This document shows, one piece after another, positions 26,833 through 39,800 of a stretch of 64,000 bases of DNA (position 1 is the stretch's first letter; the number at the start of each line of letters is the position of its first letter). The DNA is from Balanoglossus misakiensis (lineage: Eukaryota; Animalia; Hemichordata): positions 4,948,301 to 5,012,300 of the forward strand of contig CM082577.2 in the NCBI GenBank assembly GCA_040954595.2. Reading direction: 5' to 3'. The notes under the pieces are model-generated. The model searched no databases. It saw nothing but the letters and a program-made list of their open reading frames with translations, and had not been told where the DNA came from. The position numbers and the translations under genes were made by a program.

Positions 26833-27449
26833 GGCTAGTGTCAGTGTGTACTGTGTATATTTTGACCGACTATTCGCGAACAGACTTCATCGTGTGTGCC
26901 ACCTCAACTGGGCGCGTTCATGAGCGCAATAAAAATTAAGGACAAGGGAAGCGGTCAAGTACGGCCTTTCTTTCAGTGTAGATGTCCACGGTAGGTTAAT
27001 TTTTCCCGGCGTGACCTGGTCGATTTCTAGTTCAAGGTGGTGGTGGTCGTAGGACTCTGACGTCTAGCGTCTGGAGTGCAGATAACCGGCGAATGGTTTG
27101 ATTCCCTTGCCGTTTTCCTTGATAGCTCGGCTCACGCTGGTTGTCAGTCGCCTTGGATCCAAAACGGTGTTTATCTGTTCCCAAGAGGTCATAGAATCGT
27201 GTCGCTCACTCGCAAAATGCAACAGTTTACATGTTCGCCAACTGGGCTGGGAGAAATATCCATAAAAGCAATCCCTCCCTGACGATGGCGTCGAATGCTA
27301 ATATCGTGTTATCCAAATATGGCCGGTAACTCATTACGTCTAGACTCGACCATTTATCCGAGCAGGGGAGGCCGGGCGTAACCAGATCCGTGATTCACGT
27401 TTTTCATGCACCTGTCTCTCTCTCTTCAGGATTTTTCACAACTCGCACG

Positions 27450-27485
27450 TATACTGTCACGATAGCTCCGTCGTGTATTTTATAC
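27450..27485 (-). promoter_or_regulatory. TATA box plus initiator, probable ARL4 core promoter
   Basis: Minus-strand TATAAAA at 27484-27478 and CAGT initiator with A at 27455, ~30 nt downstream, in a CpG-rich region. Confidence 0.55.
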
Positions 27486-28566
27486 CCGTGCGCGTTTTAA
27501 CGTCTGGCTCGGTGTTTTTTTAAGTCTCGACCGAAATTGCGATACGTGAGACACGCTGCGAAAATAGTGACAGTGTCAACCTGTAAAGATTCAATTGAAA
27601 CTGGGATGGGTTTTATAACAAAGGATTTGTCCACAACAAAGGACGGGTCGGTTGAGTGGGCACCGCGCATAGCAAGATATCCTATATGTTACCACCGCAA
27701 GGTGAATTGGACATCAAAATCTCCCGATTCCGTGGTTGCCCCGCGGAAGGGAACAGGACGGAAATACCTTCTGACGTCGTCCAAAAACGCAGCTAGTTTA
27801 CCGAGCACTTTTATCTCTTGGCCGCCTTTTCAGGTGTCCCATACGGAAATGCATTTATATTTGGCATAAGTAATGAAAACCAGGTTAAACTGAAGAAATG
27901 ACCCGAAGAATCGAACTGGGCCAGCGACACGAGACGAATAAGCACGGTTTAATACCTGAGGCAAAAACCATAAACAAAGCCTAGACAGAAAAAGCTCTAC
28001 CGCCAAAGCATGATCCAAACTGACACTACTATACAACTGAAGCGCAAAGAGCCCCCTGGCGTCGAAGTCCCGATGTTTGAACTGAACTTTCCGGACAAAT
28101 ACTTGTAAACGAGAACAAGAAATTTCAATATTTTGCTGCATGGTATAGACTTTGTCCGTGTAAATTTTGCCTTACCGCACTCCCCGAGTGTGTTGTTGAG
28201 CAAAAAAGATATTAGTTATGATTGGTATATTAATCCCGACTTTCATTTTTCATCACTCACAGCAAAACTGTCTCCGAGCCCTTTGTTTGGCTTTCGAGCG
28301 CTGTTTTGAGTTCAATTATAAATACAATACATTTTAGCCATTTTCAGGAAAAGAGAGTGTTGGGGAGAGAAAAGAAATGGGGAAATACGTTCCTTGCGTA
28401 TGATTGCGGAACTAGTCAGTTTGTTCCGCACGTGTAAGGAAGTAAGTCTGAATACCTATACCATCCGAGTCGTCTCAGGTTTCCAAGTCATTTCTTTATT
28501 TGCTGCTGTGGTATTATTTATTTATGAAGTCTAAAATGAATGCAGATTACTCCTTCATTATAAAAC

Positions 28567-28616
28567 ATGGAACCATAGACCTTGGAGAAATAATTCTCCA
28601 TGGTCTATGATGGAAC
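28567..28616. mobile_element. 36-bp fold-back transposon remnant with 7-bp target-site duplication
   Basis: ATGGAAC-[CATAGACCTTGGAGAA ATAA TTCTCCATGGTCTATG]-ATGGAAC; 16-bp inverted repeats with one mismatch. Confidence 0.7.
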
Positions 28617-29662
28617 TAAGAACACTACACGTCCGTACGTTGAAGTGATAAAACCTGGATATCGCACACTCAGTAGATATATCTACATCTGAAGTTCCCT
28701 TTTACAGTAGACCGAAAGTCTCACTCAAACACGTAGGCCTATATACATGATGTAGGTACTAGGAAACCATATAGTATCTATGATTAAACATACGGATGTT
28801 GAATCGGAACAGGAACTGTGTAATACAGAGACCGATATTTCAATTGTGTAGACCTACATCCCCTTTCAATTTTACAAGGCCAGGTCATCAGTTGCATATT
28901 TTATGAACAATTTGTATTCTTTCTTAACCCACGTTCGTACCGACCACACAAAGAAACAAAGAATGAATGAACAATAGCTTCTAGCCTAGGTAGGAAATGT
29001 TTGTCTAGGTAACCGGTGTCCCCCCCCCCCCCCATATTATTATTGTTGGGAAAGACCACGTACGCGGTGGGTACCAATATAACCGCACGTTCGGGCTGAC
29101 CTTGTATTGCCGGTGCGGTAGTGCACTTTTATGTCCTCCTCCGTCAGAGATAAATATTATTCCTGATCGAAAACTTTGCATATCCTCGAGCTGAAAGTCT
29201 CACTCCCCATCATTTTAATCACCCTGTTTTTTTCTTCTGTTGATAGCCCTAATAAAACACACACACTCGCATGCCACATACAATATACAGATGCTAAGAC
29301 CAAAACTGCAGTGCAATATAGCCGGGTGAGGGCGCTGGTCACCGTCCACTTTGTCCTGACTTCCTTGGGCAACGCAATCGTGTCTTCAATATTTCGATGA
29401 CCTTTGATTTAGTTCATTAAAGGGATACTGTGATGTGTAATTTAACATGTATGCTGGTTATTTACTTCTGTCTACATGGTATTTTTTGTAGCAACCCACA
29501 TCTATCGTTGTGGGTCTAAACATACTTTAACAATATAATTATCGGCCTGTAGATGCTACCAACTGAACAATCTTCCGTTTTAGTACTTTGACTCTGCATC
29601 AGCCGGAACTAAACTACGAAGACATGTAGGGATTGTAGTGATATTAAAAACTCCCACCCCCT

Positions 29663-29811
29663 ATCAGATGTAGGGTACGGCGACGCCTTTTACTTTACGC
29701 GCCCGCGGAAAAGTATTCTTATACTGTCGCCTCATGGCACTACAAGGCGACAGCACAGGAGAATACCGCGCAGTGCAAGTATAAAAGACGTCGCCGTACC
29801 CTACATCTGAT
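29663..29811. mobile_element. 149-bp fold-back (MITE-like) element
   Basis: 23-bp perfect terminal inverted repeat ATCAGATGTAGGGTACGGCGACG, with imperfect pairing continuing to the centre (GTATTCT/AGAATAC, CTGTCGCCT/AGGCGACAG). Confidence 0.75.
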
Positions 29812-30843
29812 TTTAATCAGACTGTATTATATAAGCGTCGACCAACGGTATCATAGCGACCATGCCCTCTTCTTGTTCTTCTTCCACCGTGACTGTCGTA
29901 TAAATTTATCTAAGATCTCTTCTTCTACATGTTCTGTTATCAGGTGACCCCATCGAATTAGAACCAAGTGTGTCTTGGGCATTGATATATTTCTATGTCT
30001 TCAGTGAAATATCTCTTTCCATCTTTTAGTTCTTCTGTAGATTATATCTTGAAGTAAATGGTTTTGAATGTGCTGCATCAAATCTTCTCGTGTGTTTTGT
30101 AAAAACAAACCCCAGAGTCGGTCCACCAGGTACCTGGGTGATTTGTTTGTAGCTTATCTTGGAGTTATCGAGGTTGCTTCGATCTAAGGAGATATGTGAT
30201 AGGATGCTTCAATGTCCAATGTCTGTAGGTAAATGTTCAATGGAAAGGCTGCGTCTTTTATGTTTTATTAGTAATAGCGTCATCTAGAGGCAAGTTGAGG
30301 AACGCTTTCGTCTGTTGTATTGAATTCTTATGTGGTTTGGCGATTAGCTACGTACTCCGGACAGTACTAAAAACGATATTGTATTCCGAACATGTACACC
30401 CTTCAACACAATCACGATGAATACAGAAATGACGTTATAAGCGGTATTTTTTTTAATAATATTGACTCGGAGTTATAATTATCTTTACCGAAGTGTAGAG
30501 CCTGCATGGGCTTGTCTGATTGTCAAATAGAACAGCTTTTTAGCCTTTGGTCTTTTTTATACCGGGCAGTCTCACAAATTTCCTGAAAGCAACTTATGAA
30601 AGAGCGACGGGGATATAAAAGATCGCCTCGAATAACTCAGGGAAAGACAAATTATTTGCCTCGTTGGGGCCCATCCCGGAAATTTAATGGAATGTTATGT
30701 TAGTAGGCCCCATACTCTGCATAATACATGTGTGAAATGTACACGGCGCTCTCATCGCATGTATTTACAGCAGACGGATGCAGTGCTGGTGAACGGGGCG
30801 ATCACCGTAGTCTCTGATTGCAGAAAAGGTGTCTGCTTCGAAA

Positions 30844-33800
30844 ATGTCCCAGTCAAGCCTAGACAACAAGCCCATCCCTCGAGTCTTTGCCAGGCGGGGA
30901 GCTCTCCGGCAAAAGAATGTCCACGAAGTGAAAAACCATAAATTCATCGCCAGGTTTTTCAAGCAGCCGACATTTTGCAGCCACTGCAAAGATTTCATCT
31001 GGTATGTATGTTTGTGTGTGTGTGCATCGGTTCATCCCACATCCACGTACTGACTGAACCGGACATTTCGACGTGCTCGCTCGATCCCAGTTTTGTACTG
31101 TTTTTCTAACCGTATATGAATTGGGCGACATCATTGACCTGTCGTTTCTCTTATAGAATTTTGTTCTTTTATAATAGGGGCTTTGGAAAGCAAGGTTTCC
31201 AGTGCCAAGGTAAGGTCGCCATCCGTTTTGTTTTGCTTTTGGTATACGTACACCTAGTACGGTGATGAGCTTTGATAATGCTGATCGTGGTGTACTGTAC
31301 AAACCCATCGTTGACCTATCCAACCCTATTAATATTTTGTGAATTCATTTCGGGTGTACTATCATAGCGGAATCATATTAGTGTAGTTTGATTTACACAC
31401 TGCAGTCATCATTGACAGCGATATCACAGCTTAACCGCGGGATATGAAAAACCAACTAATTATCGACGCTGTTAGCCAACACACACTATAAATATTTGGG
31501 TCTAAAAATTGACAATCAATAATTTGCTTCCTTTTCCAGTTTGCTCTTTCGTCACCCACAAACGCTGCCATGAGTTCGTATCCTTCATCTGCCCTGGCAC
31601 CGACAAGGGCCCGGATTCCGACGTAAGTTTTTTTTTTAAGTCATTCATCGTGCATCCATCTTCCCATTCATTCATTCGTGTGTTCATTTCCTTCAAGTTG
31701 AACGTTCACGCACACAAACAAACAGCACTAGCCGAGCCGGGCACTCATGACAGCCGTATAAGAACAAGGATCGGCATTATTTTAGGAAGCTTTCGGTTTC
31801 ACAGCACTCGATGCTTCCGATCGTCGCATTGTCCATCCAATCCAACGTTAAACCGCTGCATGATATGCAACGCACGATGTGAACCAGCGGTGTGTACATA
31901 CACGTCACCGGTGCTGCCGCTCACGGCTCAGGCGTAAGTCACGTAAAGGCGCCGTTTGGGAAATGGCCCCGGCCACACAACGCCGAGTCATCAACTCGTC
32001 AACGTGTCGAAGAAGCGCTGAATGATCGCGGCGTACATGTGTTCACCGCAGCTAGACAGCGAGATACACGAGACACAACTTCGGGTGATTTACAAACCGT
32101 TATCGAAATAAATAACGATATGGGTTTAGAAAAGCGCAAACTAAAACGACGAATTTTGCCCCAGTCGTGGTCCCCGGGGAGGTCCCCTTTTCCGTGGCTG
32201 CAACTCGCGTTTAGATAATCGCATATCCGATGATAATCCCGAGTAATCTGAGATCGTAATCTGTAACATATGTAGGCTGTAGTTTGTAATATTTTGCTGT
32301 CATTATTGTTAGGAGGGGCCCACATCACTTTCTAGGGGAAACTGTGGGTTACCTGCCTAATAGATTTGCCGTTCGTGAGAGAACGTTGGAACTTGCCGCT
32401 CCTGCGGTGATGTGACAGTTTATATAGCAAATTCAGTATTTTGTGTTCTGCGGGCATGCAATTAATTACAACTGAAGAAATTGCCTAAGAGATCGAAGCT
32501 TTTGTGTGTCCTTAGCTACAGCAGGTGAATAGTGTTAGTTCACGCAAGTACTTTGTATTTGTAAGGTCAGTGTAGGTCGTGTTGAGTGTAAAGCAATCTA
32601 TGTGACATATTGTGTGTAAAAAGCTGTATTTATGATATGAATTGTTTGGATACTGTTCAATTTTGCTGTCCAACTGTTTGATTAAAAAAATATATTTACT
32701 ATGCAGGGGTGTGCTGCCAGATGGGTTGATTGATCTGCAAGTGATGCAGATAGAGAGAGGGAGAAATAAATGAACCTATAGTGATAGCACTTAAACTTAA
32801 TCCATGGGCATACAATACAATGTTTTCTGTAGAAGATTAGGAGGGAGTTGTGCTCACAGTTTTAGTGGCTGAGGTTACATATATACATGACCAACATTTT
32901 TTTTTACAAATTTGATATGTTTTCTTGAGGTTGTTGAAGAATATCATGATAATGATGAATGATGATGGTGGTGGTGGTGGTGGTGGTGATGATGATGATG
33001 ATGATGAACCCATTCTCCATCATCCTCATTGTTATAATCCAGCAAAGGTCCAAATTTGAAATTATTTCATGTGTTGTTTGTGTGTGAACAAAATGAGTAA
33101 AAACATGAAAGCAAACCTCATAGTGTGAAAGAAAAAATGCCCATGAAAGGGTGTTGATCTTGTGTCTCAATACATGTATTGTATAGGTATTATTATTAGA
33201 TGGACAAAAGGTCTACCACATTCTGACTGTAGAGGGCATTTTTAACCCATTCCCCACAATGGTTTGGTCCAATCCATAGTTTTTTATGGTAAAGTTGGAC
33301 CTCTAAAGAGGGAATTGGGGGTGGCAACAACAAAAAACAGGTTCAGTCTGCTGTGATGAAAATAGTCTACTCCAAAAGTTTGGATTCAGTGGTTGGGAAG
33401 CAGAGTTCTATGGAATACAAAGAAATTTGACTTGAAATATAAATAGCAATAACCAGAAAGTGAATACAAGAAAATCCCAGACATTTTGCATGCATGGCAG
33501 TTCTCACACATATGGTCATGTGACAATCAAGGGTGTCCCAAATTTGGAACGTTACACTTGGAAATAGGGGTCCATGATAGCATACTTACACCTATGGTCA
33601 TGTGGTAACCAAGGGTTTCCCAAATTTGGAATGTTACACTGAGAAATAGGGGTTCATGATAGCATGGTCATGTGACAATCAATGGTATCCCAAATGACTC
33701 AGTGAGGGTCATGTGACCAGAAAGTGAGGGATTCCCTTAGGGGCTGCCCTATATAAGACACAAAATCAAATAACGATTTCCTGGCTCCTTCAGGTGAACC

Positions 33801-36800
33801 GGAAATTTGACAATTTCATAACGTGTCCACGGTAATTATCTGTGTACACGTACGTAGAGCATTTGGAGTATTGACAGTTTAGAGGTACTTTGCCGTGTTC
33901 AGGATGATTCCAAAACTTATTTTCAGGGCATCAGATATGTCTAATAGTTATTTTAAATTGCAAATGAATATTAAAATGATTTTTTGAACGTTTCTCAAAC
34001 AGTAAACTAACTCATGCACCAGATGTTCATTTGAAATTATTCGTGAGAAAAAGCCGCCTTGTAGAGAGAGACCACTATATGTTAAGGTGCCAAAATTCAA
34101 TTGTCAGTCAATTATATTGAGAAGTGGGTTGCATCTTTCCTGCACAACACAATACAGGGTTGTCAAGTAACTAGAGGCCGTGTGGAATTTTTAATCTTCA
34201 GTGCAGGCAATACAGCAAACATAATTAAAAGCTTTAATTGAAACTATCAAGAGATGAAACTGGTTGTACAGAAATATTTATAGCGGCATTTTGCAGGGAA
34301 ATCCTGTGTCAGCTAGACCAGTGTTTTAATCCCAATATACCTCCATTTCACCCCCTTTTACCTCATTTTCTTTTTTAGTCCAAACAGAAAACAATGGATT
34401 TGGATCAAATCATGGTGGTGATAGGGGTTAAAGTGATATAAAATAAATGACACCATATGAAATACAAGAATAGCACCAGGGTGCTAGCTTTGTCTCATCC
34501 GTAGATGAGATGAAACTGTGTCATCCTCTGCCTGGCTGCCACTAACACAGCGAGCGTGCAATGGATGGGAGAAATATATACTCATCCTATCGATTTGCTT
34601 TGCTTGTTTATCTATCATTGGATAATGTTTCACAAGTTGATACTTTGTATTGCTTTGCAAGTTATGAGTCTGACAACTGGGGCAATTTTCACCAAAATAT
34701 CTGCACATCCATGCTAATACCGTAATACCGTTTTGGATGACCCCAGTTCGTTCCCACCATACTGATCATGGGGGCGGATCCCATCACATCGCTGTGGTTC
34801 ATTTAGCTTCTTGTTGAAAGTTATTTTTATTGTGTTGTAAACTAAAGTATGTCACAGCGTGGGATGGAAAGTGCTCACCTTTTAACCTTTTCGTTGCAGC
34901 AAAACTGAGAATTGAATCGAAGTGAACATGTGCAAAGACTTCAATAACAAGAAATAAACTACATTACGATTCTGTCAAAAATTCTCACAAGATGGCGGCT
35001 TTCCGTGTCCGACACCTGTCTGAGGATTATTGTAAATTTATAAAGTAGAGTTGTCTAACACGGTGTTGTGTGTACTGGTGCTGCATTATTGATGACATCA
35101 TCACGCTCAGAAACTCTCTGGAAACATAGTGATGTTTTTTTTGTATCCGGTTTTATAATCTGTCTCAGTGTTGATCTCACTATAGTGATGAATTTTTAAC
35201 ATTTCCTGTTACCGTAGATCGCAGGAAGACAGATGATCTCTATAGTCACTGTCATAGACACTCATACCACTTGTGTTATAAAGACTAGAGCCAATATGGC
35301 TGTCCGTCCATTGAACTCGGCTCAACGATAAAAAACAGCAGTTAAGTTTCTTCGTTGAGGAAGCAGTCAATTGCTTGGTGGGTGTGGTTGGTTGGTTTTG
35401 TAAATTAAGAGTCCAAAATGGCGGCTAAAAATTTAAAGTGAAGCAGGAATGTCCATGCCATGTTCTGCTGATGTAGATACCAGATGACATGACAATACTG
35501 AACAGATATTCCAATGATGAAGGTCGCTCACTTTTGACCATCTTGGCCCGCCAAAGTCTTGGGGTCGAGCCAACGACCCATGCGAGCGAGCGCATGATGA
35601 CTTTTGACATTATTTTCTGTTCCCCTGGCAGGCTCAGTACTACTATGTTGTTCTGCTCAGTGAGACTGAAATGTGGTGTTTGACCCGATGTTACTATTCA
35701 ACTCATACCCTGTACATGCATGGACAAATACTTCCATTGGTTAATACCAACATTTTTTCTTGTAGTAGTATTCACATTTCTATGAGCAGAGCCACATAGA
35801 TAATCCATGAAATTTAAACTTTTCCTCTTAATAATGAGGACAATTTAGAGGGTGGAGGGGGCATTTGGTGGTTTTTTTTAATCATGGGGAAAATGGAATG
35901 AAAAAAACGTGTTAATTTTTGGTTAAAATACATAGAACCCACAAACTGAGGTAAATAACCACAAAATGCAAGGTCCAGGTAGAGAGATCCATGCATACTC
36001 TCTCAAGATGATATCTTGAAAATGTAGAATATGCGGGCCTGAACCCACTTCTCTCGTTATGTGCATCAGTATTAGAACAAAATCAACGCACTGTCTTGAA
36101 TGAGAACAGCTGTCAGTATAGCCTGACACCACGGAAAGCTGGTATACGACACTTTACAGTCTGTCACCATGGTAACAATCCGGCAAAGCATGGATGGCCT
36201 AAAATGCCCCGCTGGTGGTCTGCGTGACATTTTACAAAACTGATTGTCATGGTTACAGTCCAGTAAATCATGCCCGGCCATGTTGCCATGGTTATAGTCT
36301 GGTGCATTTTACGGTCACCCATTACCATATTTTCAGCAAAACGTGCCCGGCATTCTGCGAGCTGGGGATCGTTTGTGGTCCCCTCACGTAAATACTGCTC
36401 GTTAGTTTTTCTACCTTCGGGGATCAAAACGCTGCTTTAACCTAAAAAGCGCAGTTATTTATAAATCGCTGACTGCAACGAAATACCCCACCACGACAGT
36501 CAAGCAGAGGGAAGTTAATACAATTACCATGCACGAGATCTTCCCTCAATAATTGGCCACTATTCACCGTGCCAGCGTCAGATACAAATGGCCACCTGCT
36601 CTGCCATGACACAGTTGAATTACTGGGCCAAAGTCATTATCAGACAGTGATCCTGGATCTCAGAAGATATAACCTTAGCCTTTAGGGATATAGTCATCTT
36701 TGTTGGCCAAGGTCTAGTATTCCAGCATTTCCTCATCAGCAGGAAAAAAACACGGGCCAATATGCAATTCAGATGACGAGGGTGTTATTGCTTGCAGTGT

Positions 36801-39800
36801 TCTCTAATATTGTCTGCGTTTATTAAAATTTGCTAATCAGAGGTTTACCCGGGGTTCAAAGATTGGTGATGACAGGGTGATATTTTTTTATTAGCGTATT
36901 ATTATTATTTATTGGAAAAATGTGTGATGACAATTTTGTGCCTAATCGACATAAAAATTAAAATTGTCACGCCAGTTAAGCACACAATCAGGTACTGAGG
37001 GGAAAGTTGCTATGTCTTCAGGACGGTCATTTATAGCAGATGAATGAAGGCTGTCAAAACTATCCAAATTATCTCTTTAATTGCTCTCAGGATTATGCAT
37101 ATTCATATCATGGTAGATGAATTTTTTTTTTGCTTGTCAAGGAGAGGAATGTTTTCGCAGTGACAGCAATTATTGTTCCGATGCTTATATGTAAAAATCA
37201 TCATTTTCTGACAGACCACTGGCTGTGACCCCAATTGATTCCCCGTAATAGCGTTAATATCTTTTAATTTGCTTTCTGCTACTTCAGAGCTCGTCACTAA
37301 TCAGTGTTTTTCACCTTCCTGATGAGGTGTTGGTTGTTGCGTAAATCAGTCTTTTGTGTTTTTCGGTAAATTCAGCGATTGCTTTTAACCTTCAAATGTC
37401 GACTGCAAAAGCGTCCATGTCGTAGGAAATGAATAAAGAATGTTTAATGTGGAGAGCGTGAAATGTGTGCTTTTATTTCCTGACCTGGTAAAACTAACCG
37501 CAGGTATGAAAAGGTAGACATCTGTAAAGCTAATGAGATTTCTAGAGAGGTTTATGGGGATTTGCTTTTACGTGTTTCTACCTGTATATATTTAAAATAC
37601 AATTGCGGACAGTTGATGGAAAAAACAACAACAGCAATTTGATATCGAGCATAGTTCCCCAAAATGGTTTGTTTATTCTTAGAAACAAAGCGAATATAAC
37701 TGTTACTCTGTAATGGAGGACCTTCAGACTAGTGCATACATCATTAGAGTTTGTATTTCATCCCAATGGGGTACATCCTATAGGCAATAAGATATTCTGA
37801 ATGAGATGAAGTTTTGTGAATATAAGGTTCCATCTCAGGTTCTTCCATATTGAGTCGATGTTGCTTTTAAACCAAATATTTTTGAATAATGGATTTTGAA
37901 GGGATGTAATTTTAAATTTCGTGGAAAACGTGTGTTTCTGACAATAATTCTGGATCAGTGCCAGCTGTGCTTGTATGTGCATGCATGCAACAGCCGTCGC
38001 TGCAGTGTCACCCTCGTGAAATGATCAGAAGTGAAATGTATATATGTCCAGGGGTGTTTAACTGCAGTAAATTTGTCATTCAAGAGACCATTAATTGTGC
38101 TTGCGTTGTGAAGAAAACTGCAAATACGTGGGGTGTAAATCCGATAGGCCTCAACTTTATAGCGTGTTACGACAGGTTAATTTCTTCCAGTTTGGATGTA
38201 GTATTATTTTGAACTGAAAGCAGGGGATTTGTTTTACCATATCGAGTGGATGTCAGTGTGTGGTGCTGTCAGGTGAACAGATAAAAACTGGTGATAAGCT
38301 TCACTAAAAAGGGGAAATAAAACATTTAGTCAAAGTTTATATTTATTACAATTTGTTGCTTATTGTACCTAGTTTGTATAATAAGTAAAAGAGAAAGGAA
38401 GATAACTTCCATTGCAGATTTTTTACGTTATTAAAAAGGTATTAAAAAGGTATATAACAATAACAGAAGAAAGCTGATTAAACTACATGCATGGGTTCAT
38501 GTTGTTCTAATTGCTGAAAGATTGAGTTGCTGATCATGCATAACTAATGTACACTTAGTTGTCAGCACATTGCTTGGTGAATCTATTGGAGGAATAGTGA
38601 TATGTTGAAGTTCATGCGGTTGAACTTACAAAAGAGGGCAGGTGACATTTCCATATCTGAGAATATTCTGGCCATTACTCTGTCTTGTCTTGTCTTGTCG
38701 TGGTCTGACACATTTTGGTGTTAAACTTTAACGTTAGACCATGCATGCTTAAACCATACCAGGACATCCACACACAAACGCACCCACACACACATGCATA
38801 CAAAATCTAAAGTCACGAGGAACTTCAACTCTGGTACCATTTGTTGCCAAATTGTTGATAAGCTGGGGCTGTTCCCTACTTGTGAAACTGTTTTACACTG
38901 TGTAAATCATGCGTATAGGCTGTGGAGTGGCCCTCCTCGTATATAGCAATGCAAATGATCATCAATCTAGCTCACTGGAGTGTTCATGTGATACCAGGAA
39001 AAACCCAGTGAAACTCTGATCAGGCTAATCTGTTAATGTCACCACCCCTTTGAAACTATAGGTTTATGAATTCCTGCGCTGTGTGGCTATGACACACTGT
39101 AGAGCACACAGTGGTGGGGGGCATCAATGCATGTCATATAATGAAGACCAATTGGAATACTGTAAAACAGGAATTTTTCGCGACAGGCGACTGTCACGCG
39201 ATGATTAATTTTCACGTTCTCTTTATCTCCGAATAGCATTCTATTGTACACATTGTTCTTTTGCAACTATTTATAATCACGTTTTTGGGGCTCTTGCGAA
39301 GTTCGCGAAAATTTATCGTTTGCGAAAATGTCCCGTTTTACAGTAGGCGTGCCAGGACTGACGGACTGTGTACGCTTGCTTGTCTAAAGATCGTGCATGA
39401 CGTCTATTATTAATGCAGGAACGTGATCTAGCCTGTTAGTATGTATCTGTGATGTTCTCAGTGTGATTAGAACACACCCATAAAGTGATCACAACAATAT
39501 ACTTTACAGCAGTACGTATTGCATGGTGCATGTTTATGCGTCATTCACATTGGCAAAAGTCACGCCAAAATAATTTCTCGCTAGGTGTGAAGATTTGGTC
39601 CATGTGTACACTTGAAATAAAATCTGCCCCAGGAGGCTGACATGAATCTACTAGTATGTTCAAATGCCCTTTGACCTCAGACCTCTCAAGTCACCAATTG
39701 GGCAACAGTGATATTGTTTTATTTAAAGGTATTTCGTCATTGCAGATGGAAATCTGTCATTTGGTTTCTATACTGCTCCAGTTCCATGGTTCTGTGTTTT

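Noticed and set aside
33511-33695. Repeat array resembling CRISPR
   Set aside because: Eukaryotic intron, no unique spacers, no cas genes; an ordinary minisatellite.
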